Origin: Takakia lepidozioides
Taxonomy: Eukaryota; Plantae; Bryophyta
Direction of reading: 5' to 3'
Assembly: GCA_030704615.1 (NCBI GenBank)
Contig: CM060734.1
Coordinates: forward strand, 21,328,001-21,392,000
DNA: 64,000 bases
The notes below the pieces were generated by a model. The model ran no database searches, was not told the DNA's origin, and worked only from the letters and a program-made list of their open reading frames with translations. Below are positions 49,256 to 61,620 of the stretch, piece after piece. The position numbers were made by a program, and so were the translations under genes. Numbering within the stretch: the stretch's first letter is position 1; each line of letters opens with the position of its first letter.

Positions 49256-52200
49256 ATGGCGGAAAACCCGAGCGCTACAGTGTACTGCCCTCCTCACGAG
49301 CATAGAGCTTCATTTCCGTGCAGAGGGGACATCTGCCGGGTGATGGAGAAATATCTGTGCGTTCGATACCACCTGAAACCGGGGTCGGTTTTTTTGGAGG
49401 AGGAAAGGAAGGACTCAAATGGCCTTGTTGTCGAAAGTATTGTTGTGCTCCACGATGATTTCGGCGATGGCAGGGAATGGCGAGTTCCACCATCGGACAG
49501 CGTCATATACAGGGCTGTTGGGACTTCATTTGCCCGCCAAATGCACCTTCTATCCTGGCGCCTTCCACGAAACAATCCGCGAATCAGAGAGTGGCTACCT
49601 CAAAGAGAGAAGTCCGCAACAAAGTAAATCCAGAGCCGAACCCATCCATGAAGACGAGCGAGAACCGGGTTGTTCACAACCTGTCCGACTAGATGAGGTC
49701 ATGGAAGTTCCGAGGTCGTCCTGGAGATCAGGCAAGTCCTCAATGGACGTCAGTGGAGGAGGAGTCATATTCCCAGCACGAGCACCGCAGTTCGATCTAT
49801 TCTTGAAATTCTTCGAGGGCTTCACCTGGAGGGACACCGGTCGGAGCTGGCCGGGCTGGACTACAGCAAGTTTGCAATTAATTGGTTACATGCCTTCCCG
49901 CCGACGTCGACAGTAATATCTTCTTTGAGTTCCCTCCTCGGGCGGACTACTCGAGGGCGTCCGGAATGTTGACAGATATGGATAGAAAACATGACGGTCA
50001 TCCTTGGTGCGTTACCAAATCACCAGCATGAAGATGCTTGATGGTGTGCGGGTGCGCTACGTTTTTTGTGCGGGCGCGTTGCGGTGTTTTCTCCCCAACT
50101 TGCTTCCACTTTAAATCCAGAGGTCACAGAACGAGACCGATTGGACAGGCACAGCTCATCAACCATTTCGAGCTCAGGAGAAGGTTCCGAACTCCACATT
50201 TAAGTGTGTGCATTGCAAAGAACCACCACACTGCATGTCTGTTTGTAATGCCAAGCAGTTCTATGTGTTGCACCGTTTCCCTGACCTCACCCGAGCTTGC
50301 ATACACGTTGGTTCCCATTGTCACAAATTGGCGAGGGGGAACTCGCGGGAGGCTGCCCACGATGCAGAGCAGCTCGTTCAGGAGGAGGTTAAGTTGAGAC
50401 CGGGTGCCAAACCCAACAGATACAGCTCCAAGCCGCCCATAAGATGGCATTGGCCAGAATTATGTCGGAAGACGGCTCCGATAGAGTTCCTCTCGACGAG
50501 AAGGAAATGGAGGCATTGCTGGAGTCGGTGTCCCACGTATGTTCACCGAATGTCCGAAACCACATTGTCTCATGCAAACAGAAAATTGGGCGTGGCTCGG
50601 ATATGCACTCCATTCTGGAGGTGAAGCGACGATGTGGATATGACTACATTCATGGAAGTAGGTTTCCAGGACAAGGGACTGAGGCAGATCGTTGTTTCGT
50701 ATTCAAAATGTCCACGTGTGGACCTGGCAGTGGCGTCGAACTGGTCGACAGGATGACAAGTGGGAACTTGTCAAACAGTTGGGTCATGTTCGACCATATC
50801 AAGCGAATTACAAATCACCAGTGGGTGACAATGGTGCACATGTCTACGACACCCACTGCAGGATGCTAATGACAATTGCTATTTGTGAGATGAAAGGAGA
50901 GGACACACAATCGGAGATGCTTCTTTGGCAGGGATAAACGAACAGATGGCCAAGGCGGGATTGCCCCCTCCCAATTTCCGTGGTTTCATGGCGGACAACG
51001 CACAAGCAAATTGGGCTGCCATCCGAAGGGTGTACGGGCAAGACCCCAATGTTCCCATGGAAGGCAAGGAGAGATCTTGTGGGTTCCATTTTCTGCAGAG
51101 CCTTTCGCAGTACACAACCAGGCTCGTGGCGCCAGATTTCAGAGAGGAGCACCGTTCCATGTGCCTTGCGTGGAAGCGCGCTCCCACCTTGGATGATGCA
51201 GAGACACAGTTTGCATGCATACGGGCTTGGTGGACATCGTCAGGTGCTGTAAGGAAATCAGACGAAGGAGCAATGGTCAGTTGGCTAGCATGGTGGCATT
51301 ATCGTTTCCTCCAGTTCGGCGACTATATGCGGGAGGTGAGTTGCACGAATTCGCGTCCCGTTGGATATTATTCTTGGCCATATTTGTAACTTGCTTGTAA
51401 CCTGAACATGTGCTTGTGCAGGAAATATGTCTCGACTCCGACACCGACATGCCCACGACAAACATGGCCGAATCAGTGCACTCTTCCTGGCGTGCCTCCT
51501 CTGCGGCGCATCTGGTGGACATCCTCACTGCCACAACGGAGGACATTGTGAGGTCAATTATGCAGCAATGCAGGTACAACGAGTTCTTGAAAGGGAAACA
51601 GTGGGGCTTGGGGCCGGACAGGCAGCAAATGCTGATGCGGACTGCCTCCAGATCGAAGAATCCTCGAAGTGGGCGGCGGCCTTGCGAGAGGGCCTTCGGG
51701 ACACGCCATTGCTACGAAGAGGCCAACATTTGGAAGGAGATGTTCATACCCGTCCAGTGAGACGAAGACTTGACGAGGCACCTGGCGGAGAAGAGGATTC
51801 ATGGCGAGCTGACAAGAATATTCGCACGCTCCCTCGTGGTCCAGTGATGTTGTCCGAGGAGGTCTCGTCGAGCACCAGAAGTCTTGCACGTTCAAGATCG
51901 CCATCTCCTTTGAGCACAGGGCGCATGCCCCGGCAACATAACGAGCCATCTGTAGTAAAGCAATACAACATTCCCATTGTGGAGACAAGAGTGTCGGAGT
52001 CACAGTGGAGAATTGCGAGGACATTGCCGGCATTTCGAGGGAAGTGTTGCGCCATCCGGGTGGATACGAGAGCACGCTGTGGTGAGATGATTCGGAGGAA
52101 CCCACACGGTGCTGTACCTGCACCTTGTTTCAGCGGCAGATTTTTGACTCCCACATTTGCTCACGCCACAACGCAGACATTTTGGTTCTGTAGGCACGAC

Positions 52201-52839
52201 ATAATGACCTGTGTATTTGGCAAGCCCAAGTACGGGATTCAGGGAATGCCGGAGCCTCCGGGCGTCTGGCCTGTTGCACCGGGTTGCAGCCTCTCTCAGA
52301 ATGAGGCGGATGCTCTATCTGCAGCAGGATTTCGAATGGTGCAACGCACAGACATCCCGGCCCACGCATTTCCGGTTCCTCAGACCCAGCCATTGCAGAC
52401 TGCTCGGTCCAGTAGAGACGGATTGGACAATTTTGCACATCCCACAATGCGATTCGGAAGAGTGAAGAGACGACACCCTCCCAACAAGTTGAATGAGACT
52501 CGGATTGCCAATGCTCTTGGGATGGCTTGCACTATTCAGAGCTCCGTGGACGTACCCCCACCCGGCCTTGGGCGTGTGTATCGGATGGCAACGGCCGGCT
52601 CGGCTGTACGCGACGATGTATACACAATTACGATTGGAGTGGAGCCGACTTGCAACTGTACGGACTTCTCGTTGATGGAAGCAAAGAAGGGTTCGAAGTA
52701 TTATCCGTGCAAGCATCTGTATTACATTTACCTGAAGAGGTTGAGGATGAACGTGACTATTGATGACTTTATTCATGCACCGGCGTTGAGCGTGAACGAG
52801 CTGCACAAACTCCTCCTTAGGGATTCCAAAAATCATTGA
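49256..52839 (+). mobile_element. Mutator-like transposase: WRKY/GCM1-like Zn finger, DDE core, C-terminal SWIM; frameshifted; intron 51336-51421
   Basis: C..C..CNAKQFY..RACIHVGSHCH; WVMFDHIKR (D1), GFMADNAQA (D2), RSCGFHF (CxxH), PTTNMAESVHSSW (E); SWIM PTCNCTDF..YPCKHLYY. Confidence 0.88.
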
Positions 52840-52984
52840 TGGGGCAAACGGAATCCTCCATATGGATATTTTCAAATGCATTTTGCTGTATCAGACTTTT
52901 TTTTTGCAGTGTAATGAAATGCACCCCAAAACTCCTGGAATGAGGCAATATTCCATTCAAACTGAGATCCAACAGAAGCAGTTG

Positions 52985-53360
52985 TGGGGCCATTTCTGGA
53001 AAAATGGCGCCGAATTTCTCTTTTTGGGGCCGAAAACTCGCTAAGTCCCAACATGCACTGGTACCTGTGTTTGGGAAAATGGCGCCGAATTTCTCTTTTT
53101 GGGGCCGAAAACTGGCTAAGTCCCAACATGCACTGGTACCGTGTCTGGAAAAATGGCGCCGAATTTCTCTTTTTTGGGCCGAAAACTGGCTAAGTCCGAA
53201 CATGCACTGGAAAAATGGCGCCGAATTACCTGTCATGAGGGGACCTATAGCCGCGGAATTCGGCACCATTTTTCGCCAGAGAGACCTATTGCCGCGAAAT
53301 ACGTCGCCGTTTTTTCAGGTTACGGACCCTATTACCGCGAAATTCGGCGCCATATTTGCA
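52985..53360. repeat. Right subterminal array of GGCGCCGAATTTC / GGCTAAGTCCC motifs
   Basis: Three ~67-bp units ggaaaaatggcgccgaatttctctttttggggccgaaaactggctaagtcccaacatgcactgg plus degenerate copies. Confidence 0.9.
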
Positions 53361-54040
53361 CATGTCGCTGGGAATTGGCATGAGCGGAAGACGAAATATC
53401 ATGAGCACAACTGTCAAAAGTGCAATTTTCCCTTCAAGGGGCCGAATAATATATTTGTTTTTTCTGACACACTGCATTAAATTATTGTTTTTTTATTGTT
53501 TTTTATTTTCGAAATTTGTACTTCTGCTCATGAAAACCGATTGTGTTACTACTCTGCTCATGCCGCTCATGCCGCTCATGCCGCTCATGCTCATGAAATA
53601 GCAAACCTCCCCACTAAGTCCCGCTAAGCTACCACCACCCCTTGTGGAGCCACCCCCACCGCAACCCGGTGTGCGGGGCTCCACCTAGTGAGCGCCTCCG
53701 CCTCCTTGAGTGCCATGGGCATTCAAGGGTGCTTCAGCCCCCCCCATACATACCGCTGCCGCTGCCCCCACCACAGGGGCAGCCCCTCATGTGTCCCGAC
53801 CCCCTGCCATCAAGGCAAAGGGCCGCGACACAACTGGAACCATATCGGCCCCACACGACTTCTTCCCTGGCCTTCCGGATGGAAATTCGGCACCATATTT
53901 CCATCTGGGGATGAAATTTGGCAACCATATGCACCCATCTCGGCCCCCAAGGACTTCATCCATTGCCCCTCGGATGGCGCCAAATTTCCATCCAGAGGAT
54001 GAACTCTGGCACCGACGTGGACCCCTAGGATGGAAATTCG

Positions 54041-56136
54041 GCCACTGCCCCCACCACAGGGGCAGCCCCTCTTGTGTCCCGACCCCCTGCCCGCAAGGCA
54101 AAGGGCCGCGACACACACCCCTACCAACAGGGAGTTGATGTCCTCATCGACTTGTCCATTTTGTAGAAACGAACATCCAAGTTGTGGCGTCCCACATCAA
54201 GGAGTTTGTTTCCGTACCATGGTGTCCCATGGCAAAGAACCAAACCCCCACTTGACTCTACTCTCCACTAGCTAGTTCGGCCGACTTGCTCCAAGTCTCG
54301 GCCAAGGGTGGAGCCTCTCCAGCTCCACCCAGTGCACTCTTCTTGGCCCACTTCAAGGCCAAGGAACGATCCTCCCCGAGGATTGAATCGCCTTACTGCA
54401 ACAACATTGCTTGCGACCGCTCATGATGCCGCTTTTGGCATCACCTTGAGCAAGGGTTCACCTTGAACCCTTTTTAACTAGGAAGATAACCTTGAACCAA
54501 CCGTGTGCCCCAATCGCTACAATTGGGTCCGCCTTGGAATGCTGGCCTGAGGTACGGGAACACGCCGAAGCCGCACTATGACTTCGTCCCGAGGTTACAC
54601 GATTATAGTACGTGAACGGAAGCACGTAGCTTGCGCGTTAATCCGCACTACAAGACAACCCCCTCGGTAGCGCAGTTATAGTACGCGCATGCGCCAGGTG
54701 TGCACTAGCACGTGAACTCCCAAAGAAGGAGGAAGTTTTCCTTGCCCCTTGGATCGGAGTCACCCGATTTCGGCACTGCGCAAACACACGATTAATCCAA
54801 TTCACCTCTCCCACTTTTGTAAGCTAGCATGCATTCTACACACTAGCCAACCATACCATGCATAACCATTCCAAACAATATAGGAAGCACAACATTTGAA
54901 AACCATTTCATTTATAACAAAATTTGTATAACACAAGTTTTTGCAATTGGATAATTGAGCTAGCTAAGCCGGCTAAGCATGTATTTCCTCCCCCACGATC
55001 CAAGGTTGATGTCCCCATCAACGCTTCTTCCGCTTTTGAGGTCGCCCTTCGAAAGCTGCAACCGCCTCGGATGCGTTTCCCATTTCTGAGGCACGCACCC
55101 AAGTTGCCTCCACTTGATAATAGCCCTTGCATTTCAGAGATACTCCGTTTCTCGATTCTTGAACCTCCTCGACTTAAGCACTGCCTCCACCTCGTACTCA
55201 GGTTCATTTTCATGATCCAACAGCACAGGTGGCGGATGCAACACTTGATGCCGATTCGGACGCGCTTCATCTTTGAAGTAAGGCTTCAAAAAAGAGACAT
55301 GGAATACCGGATGCACCTTGTTGTTTGCCGGCAGCTCCAATTCATACACATCCTCATTCATAACCTTCCGGATGCCGAAGGGCCCCGCATACAGAGGTAC
55401 GAACTTCGGACTCACTTCCGGAGGTAGTCAAAAATTCTTGATGTTCAACCAGACCTCTGTGCCTGCCTCAAACTTAACTTCCCTCCGCTTCCGATTCGCC
55501 TGCCATTCATACCGTTTCCTAACTTTGGCAATGTTGTACTTTGCGAGCTTCAACAAACCCTCGCGTTCTTCCAGCACCGCTACTGCTGCCGGTTCCTCAA
55601 CGTCTTGGGCGGCCCAACTTATTGGCACTAGAGGTGCTTTTCCATAGACCAGTTCAAAAGGGGAAACTCCCATTGCGGAGTGTTTTGTGTTATTATAACA
55701 GAACTCTGCCGCATCCAAGTGCTCCACCCAGTCTGATTGGTCTGCCGACACGTAATTCCGCAAGATCTGCTTCACCACGGAATTCACTCTTTTCGTTTGG
55801 CCGTCCGTCGTAGGTCGGAAGGTCGTACTCATCTTGAGTCTTGTCCCCATCTTCTTCCAAAGTGCCCTCCAAAATTTACTTGTAAACTTTGGATCGCGGT
55901 CCGAGACAATATTCTTCGGAAGACGTGGGCGAAGTAAAGTCGCCCCGTCTCCTGCGCCATTGCCCTCTCCTTGGTGGGGATGAAATGGCCCATTTTACTG
56001 AACCTATCCACCACCACCATGATTGCATCGAATCCTTTTGACAGCGGCATAGCAGTCATGAAATCCATCGAGACACTTTCCCAAGACCCCTCTGGAATCG
56101 GCAAGGGTTGTAACAGCCCCGCTTGCTTTTTGTACT
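54041..56136 (-). mobile_element. Gypsy-3: truncated copy (LTR fragment 54041-54113, long 3' non-coding region, chromodomain, integrase)
   Basis: Collinear with ~29250-31363; [29 protein letters not shown]. Confidence 0.9.
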
Positions 56137-57189
56137 TTCATGGGGCGTCAGTCCTGCCAGGGTCTCTTCAGCTGCAAGTACGAATATGTGAGGGCATAGA
56201 ATCTACAGTAAAAGTGAAATTGAAACTTTCACTATGACTAGGATAAAACTAACATGTGGCAAAGTATTAGTGGAGGGGAGCAGCGTTGCCCTAGTTTTTT
56301 TGAAAACATTCCCCCGCCTTGTAGCGAAGGGCCAAAGGCTGCAGGCACTTTGTTTTCTAAGGAGGAGCGTGCAGGTTGTGTAGGACTGACGTTGCGGAAG
56401 GTGTTGTGTAGAGTGAGGCAGAAGCTGGGCCTTCCCCAATTCCCTGCTGGGCCGCCGCATGACCCTGCTCTTCAGAGGCGGAGTGCTCGGATTCAAGAGT
56501 GTGCCATGGGAGGCAATGACCGACGTCCTGTGGTGGAGTCTGACGATTCGGAGAAGAGTTTCGATAGTGAGGCGGATAGATTGTTCCAAGCAGATGAGGC
56601 CGACGACTCGGAGGAATCAAGCGCAGAGGAAGAACCCCCATCCCTGAAACGGGTGAATGCGTTTTCCACCAAGATGCCACGATAAACCCAATGCTAGTTT
56701 TTGCTCTCTCTCCCAATCTGTTTCTTGTGTCCTTATCATTTGCATTCATTTGTTTCATGCCCAAAATCTTGGTTACCTGGTCAGTGTTGTCCTGAACGAG
56801 AGGGACGAGGGTTATGTCTTGTAGTGATTGCCAAAATGTATGTTACTTCAGGATGAGAAATGTAGGAAAGGAAGATTAGAGTTGCAGATTGCGACACTGA
56901 AACCCCAAGTTCGACAGAAGTCTCAGCCTGTGACATATGGGCATTTCACGCCCACAGACTTCAAGGAGTTTTGGGTCAGCCTTTAACCTCCACAGTTACG
57001 AGTCCTTCAAGTGTTCGATATGCATGTAGGAAGTGAATGACAACAATGCCCTTAATACTTTTGGGCTACATAAGTTTTACTAACACAGACTTTGTGATCT
57101 TGTAGGATCGTACAAAATGACAGAAGGGCTCTAGTTCAAAGACCCCTACCATTCCTGCAGCCCCAATCTCTCCTGGTGGCCAAGGCTGG

Positions 57190-58037
57190 TTGTATGGGAC
57201 TGTCGAGCAGATGTACCCTATATCATCATCATCCTTCCAGCAGCCTGCATCAGGAGGCAATTACAACCAACAGCCTCAGTACATACAGAGTCCCCAAAGC
57301 CCACAGACAGGTAATTTCAACCAGCACCCCCCCCCCCCCCCCCCCCCCATGCCGGGTTACTTGAAACCATACTCGAATTTGCCACCCTCACAGCAGCCCC
57401 ATTTCCAGGGTGCTCCGGTGCAGTTTGGAAACCAGCCTGGCTTTCACAACTTTGGGAGCAACAACCAGCCTCTTGTGTTGCCATTTCCTTACCAACAACA
57501 ACAGAGCCAACATGGTGGTATAATGGGGCAAGTTGTCCATCCAAATTTGGGGCTTGTGGGAGGATGGGATGCTGGACCTGTAGGTGATGCTGTCGTCAAG
57601 GGCGAAGCAGCAGCAAATGATGTAAAGCCAGTGGTGGAGGGGGCAGCAGCAAAGGCGCGGAGGGCAGAGCTTCGACGGGAAGCAAGGAAAGACGATAAGG
57701 ACTTGCAGGAGCAGTGGAAGCGCAGTGCCTCAGAAGGTCAGCCTGTCTACACAATTACTACTACTGAGATAGGTGACATTGCGAAGGGGAAGTTGAAATG
57801 GCAAACGAAGATAAAAGGCCATGATGTGATACGCTGTCTTGACTTTGGGGCCAGGGGAATTAAACACCAGAATGAGGATAAGATAAATTTCATTGTCAAG
57901 GAGATGCAAATTGAATTCCGGTATGCACCATTTCCTCTGAAGGCAAACATAGTTCGTACTACATAATGAATTTCATGAAGAGTGAGAGATCTCGCTGGAT
58001 GAGAGAATGGACTGCACACAATCCCAGGCCCGATGAT
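57190..58037 (+). pseudogene. Q/P-rich ORF ending in a domain resembling CACTA/En-Spm accessory proteins; cut by an LTR element
   Basis: KLKWQTKIK..RCLDF..IEFRY..PLKANIVRT/IMNFMKSERSRW..NPRPDD; assignment by pattern recall only. Confidence 0.4.
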
Positions 58038-61000
58038 TGTCACGGACATAGCCCAGAGGGACTTACCAGGAGTAAATACCAAAAATTACCAAGTTATCAT
58101 GTTACCGGAAGTTACCATGACTTACCATGGTTTATCATGATCTACCATGATTTATCATGATCTACCATGATTTATCATGATCTACCATGATTTATCATGA
58201 TCTACCATGATTTATCATGATCTACCATGATTTACCATTACTTACCATGTTACCGAAAGTTTCACCAAATTACCAAGAGTAACTTGGAAAACTGCTCAGG
58301 AAACTTCTCCATCAAGATACCTCATTTGTTTAAGGAAGCTTCTCCATCAAGAAACCTCCATAAGGGAAGCTTCTTAGGAGATTTCTTAGTAGCCAGTATA
58401 TATAGGAGGCGAGACTGGACACTCTTCAGTCTCGCCAACACCAGTTCAAGCTACTCTTGTTTCCAGTTCCCAGTACTCTTGCCCAGTTTCTAGTATCTGG
58501 TACTCCAGTCCAGTTTCCAGCATTCCAGTATTCAAGTCGTGTTCCAATATATTGTACTCTTGTTCATTGTTATAAAGATCATCTTGATTCATATTTACTC
58601 ATCGTGCATACGCCCACGCCGACCTTGATTTCTTGTCTAGTCTTGCACCTCTAGTCTGATCTCTTGTTTGTGTTCAGTCATGTTCTTGTCCTTGACAGTT
58701 TGGCGAGACTCAAGTAAGGCACATTTGCGGAGATGGTCGCCACATTGCAGAGTCTTCAGCTCCAGATGCAAGAACTTCGTGCCTCTACTGCCCAACTACA
58801 AGTTGATCAGTCTCAAGATCTTGGCAACGCTCTCAATAATTTGCAACAACAAATTTCAGAGTTGAAGAAGTCGAACAATGGATCTTCAACCTTACAAGTC
58901 CATACTACAACAAATCTTACTGCAACGGTTCCTCCAAATCTTCAACAGATTACAAGGGAACCAAAGGTCAGCATGCCCGAAAAATTTGATGGGACGAGAT
59001 CAAGATTTCGCGGTTTTGTTCAACAAGTACGATTGTTCCTACGACTATATCCACAATGCTACCCTGATGAAGGTATTCAAGTGGGATTCGTGGGCACCCT
59101 TCTATCAGGCACTGCCCTATCTTGGTTTGCACCGCTATTAGAGAAAAATTCGCATTTACTATACAATTTTGAAGCGTTCATGTCCGAGTTCACTACAACG
59201 TTTGGAGATAATGATAGAGAGAGTTGCAGAGACAAAGATGTGAAATCTTTGACAAGGAGCACGTCCAACTTCCGTTTATGCTGCCGAATTTTGACAACTT
59301 GCGTGCGACCTCGACTGGAATGAGAAGAGCCTTATTAGTCAGTTTCAATGTGGCCTAAAAGAGGATGTAAAAGATTTATTGCTGACAATGCCAAATGTGA
59401 GTACACTGAGCGAATTCATCACCCAAGTCATTGCATGTGATAATCGTTTGTTCGAAAGACGTCAAGAGAAGCGATCTGGATGGTCGACGACGCACCATGC
59501 CGCTGCTACTACGACACCAAACACAACGATCCATCAGACATCCGGTAATGATCCTATGCAGATTGATGCTGTCCGATTCAAGCCATTGACGCCACAAGAA
59601 AAACAAAGATGGCGCTCGAATGGATTATGCCTTTATTGCGGATAAGATGATCACATAGCATTAAATTGCCCCAACAAGAGAAGATTCAAAGCTCGGGGCA
59701 CAACTCAAGTGTTCGATACGAGGAGGTCGAAAAACGAAGATGTCCAGTCACAGTAGGGACCATGCGGCTGGACACCCCAAATTCCTCACCAAAAAAAGGT
59801 CTCTTTCTACCTCCAGACCCTATACCTTGTTTCACAGTTCCAGTAAAAATCAAGATGCAAAATCGAGATATCTCCGTAAAAGCACTTTTGGACTCGGGCA
59901 CTTCAGCGTGTTTTATTGACAAAGACTTTGTGAAACAACACAATTTAACGCTCGTAAGAAATAAATTCTCGGCCCCTGTTGAAGTCATCGATGGACGACC
60001 GTTAGCATCAGGAAATATTGACCATGAAACTCGACCCCTTGAAGTGAAGCTTAAAAATCAAGTATCATAGATTATTTTCAATGTCATCCAGTCTCCAACG
60101 AATCCTGTGATCCTTGGACTTCCCTGGTTTATACTGCATAATCCTGACATCGACTGGCGATCACGAAAAATTTCGGCAAGACAAAAATGCAAAAGTACCA
60201 AAGGTATTCAACCCCTGTTTCTTGGAGCTAGAGCCTTCATGAGAGCTACGAAGAAAGACGCGACATTTGCACTTTATGAGACTCCGATCAAAACCACAAC
60301 AGACCAAGGTACTTCGACATTACCCACTCAATATCAAGATTTCAAGGATGTCTTCGAAAAGAAAAATGCAGACATGTTGTCAGAACATCGACCTTATGAT
60401 TGTGCAATTGAGTTGCAAGAAAGAGCTCAACCACCATTTGGCCCGATCTACAATTTATCCCAGACGGAACTGGCTGCTTTACACGAATACATTGATGAAA
60501 ATTTGTCAAAGAATTTCATTCGACATTCAAAATCACCCGCGGGAGCACCTATCTTATTTGTGAAGAAGAAGGACGGATCGTTACGCATGTGTGTGGACTA
60601 TCATGGACTCAACAAAGTCACTATAAAAAATAGTTACCCACTACCGTTGATTTCCGGACTCCTCGATCAACTTGGACAAGCAAATTTTTTCACAAAGATC
60701 GACTTGAGAGGAGCTTACAACCTTGTACGAATAAGAGAAGGAGACGAATGTAAGACTGCTTTCGCACAAGATACGGACATTTCGAATACAATGTTATGCC
60801 TTTTGGTCTTACAAATGCTCCAGCAATTTTTCAACACATGATGAATGACATTTTTTGAGAATTTTTAGATGACTTTGTAGTCATCTATTTGGACGACATT
60901 TTGATATTTTCACAGAATGAAGAAGAACATGGTCGCCATGTACGCCTTGTCCTTGATAAATTGAGGGAAAAAAGACTATATGTCAAGTTGGAAAAATGTA

Positions 61001-61620
61001 TTTTCCACCAATCTGAAGTCGAATTTTTGGGCTACATTATTTCCGACAAATGAGTCTTTATGGATCAGAAGTAAATACAAACTATTATCGAGTGGATTAA
61101 ACCAACTTCGGTCCAAGATGTACAATGTTTTCTAGGATTTGCAAATTTCTATAGAATCTTCATCAAGGACTACTCCAAAATTGCTGCACCATTGACACGA
61201 CTCACAGGGAAGGACAAATTTGTATGGGACGAGAAGGCTGACCAAGCATTTGAAAGGCTGAAGCAGGCATGTACAACGGCTCCAATACTGGTACATCCAG
61301 ACCCATCTAAACCATTCTTTTTGGAAGCAGATGCATCGGACTTTGCACTTGGCGCGATACTCTCTTAACACGGTGCAGATGGCTGACTTCACCCAGTTGG
61401 TTTTCGTTCTCGCAAATTTTTTGCTGCGGAGATCAATTATGAAATCCATGACAAAGAACTTCTAGTGATTATCGATGCTTTTGAGGAGTGGCGTCATCTA
61501 TTGGAGGGAGCTAAACATCAAGTCACTGTCTATACCGATCACAAAACCTTGAGTATTTTATGAGTGTTCGTGTTTTAAATCGACGTCAAGCGAGATGGAG
61601 TATGTCACTAGCAAGGTTAT
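58038..61620 (+). mobile_element. Tcn1/Tf1-sushi-like Ty3/gypsy retrotransposon: 5' LTR 58038-58697, gag, protease, RT, RNase H; truncated before integrase, multiple stops
   Basis: LTR ends tgtcacggac..gtccttgaca; TATA 58397-58404; EPKVSMPEKFDG, DPMQID, GLCLYCG; ALLDSG; [23 protein letters not shown]; YLDD; EADASDFALG. Confidence 0.92.
58125..58240 (+). repeat. 20-bp tandem repeat (tctaccatgatttatcatga)n in the LTR U3
   Basis: About 5 copies visible directly. Confidence 0.95.

Larger units (their letters stand above)
34703..53609. mobile_element. Mutator-like (MULE) DNA transposon, 18.9 kb including nested Gypsy-2, with divergent transposase and ParB/methyltransferase cargo gene
   Basis: TIRs GGGGGCTGCTATTTCATGAGC and (reverse complement) GAGGTTTGCTATTTCATGAGC, followed by (ATGAGCGGC)-type repeats; 9-bp TSD CCCACTAAG at 34694-34702 and 53610-53618, single-copy in the intact LTR at ~29102. 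Confidence 0.93.
28619..53830 (-). mobile_element. Gypsy-1: Ty3/gypsy chromovirus (Galadriel-like). 3' LTR 28619-29322; internal 29323-34183; 5' LTR 34184-34702 plus 53610-53830 (split by Mutator-like element)
   Basis: LTR termini TGTCGC..GCGACA; TSD CAACT at 28614-28618 and 53831-53835; Met-i PBS (gctctgatacca 34170-34181); gag CFNCGEPGHMAKKC, protease LVDTGAS, RT YIDD, RNase H TDASD, integrase, chromodomain; ~640-bp deletion in RT N-terminus at ~32603. Confidence 0.95.

Noticed and set aside
56137-56700. 143-aa ORF with acidic tail
   Set aside because: May be a TE gene fragment but has no diagnostic motif.
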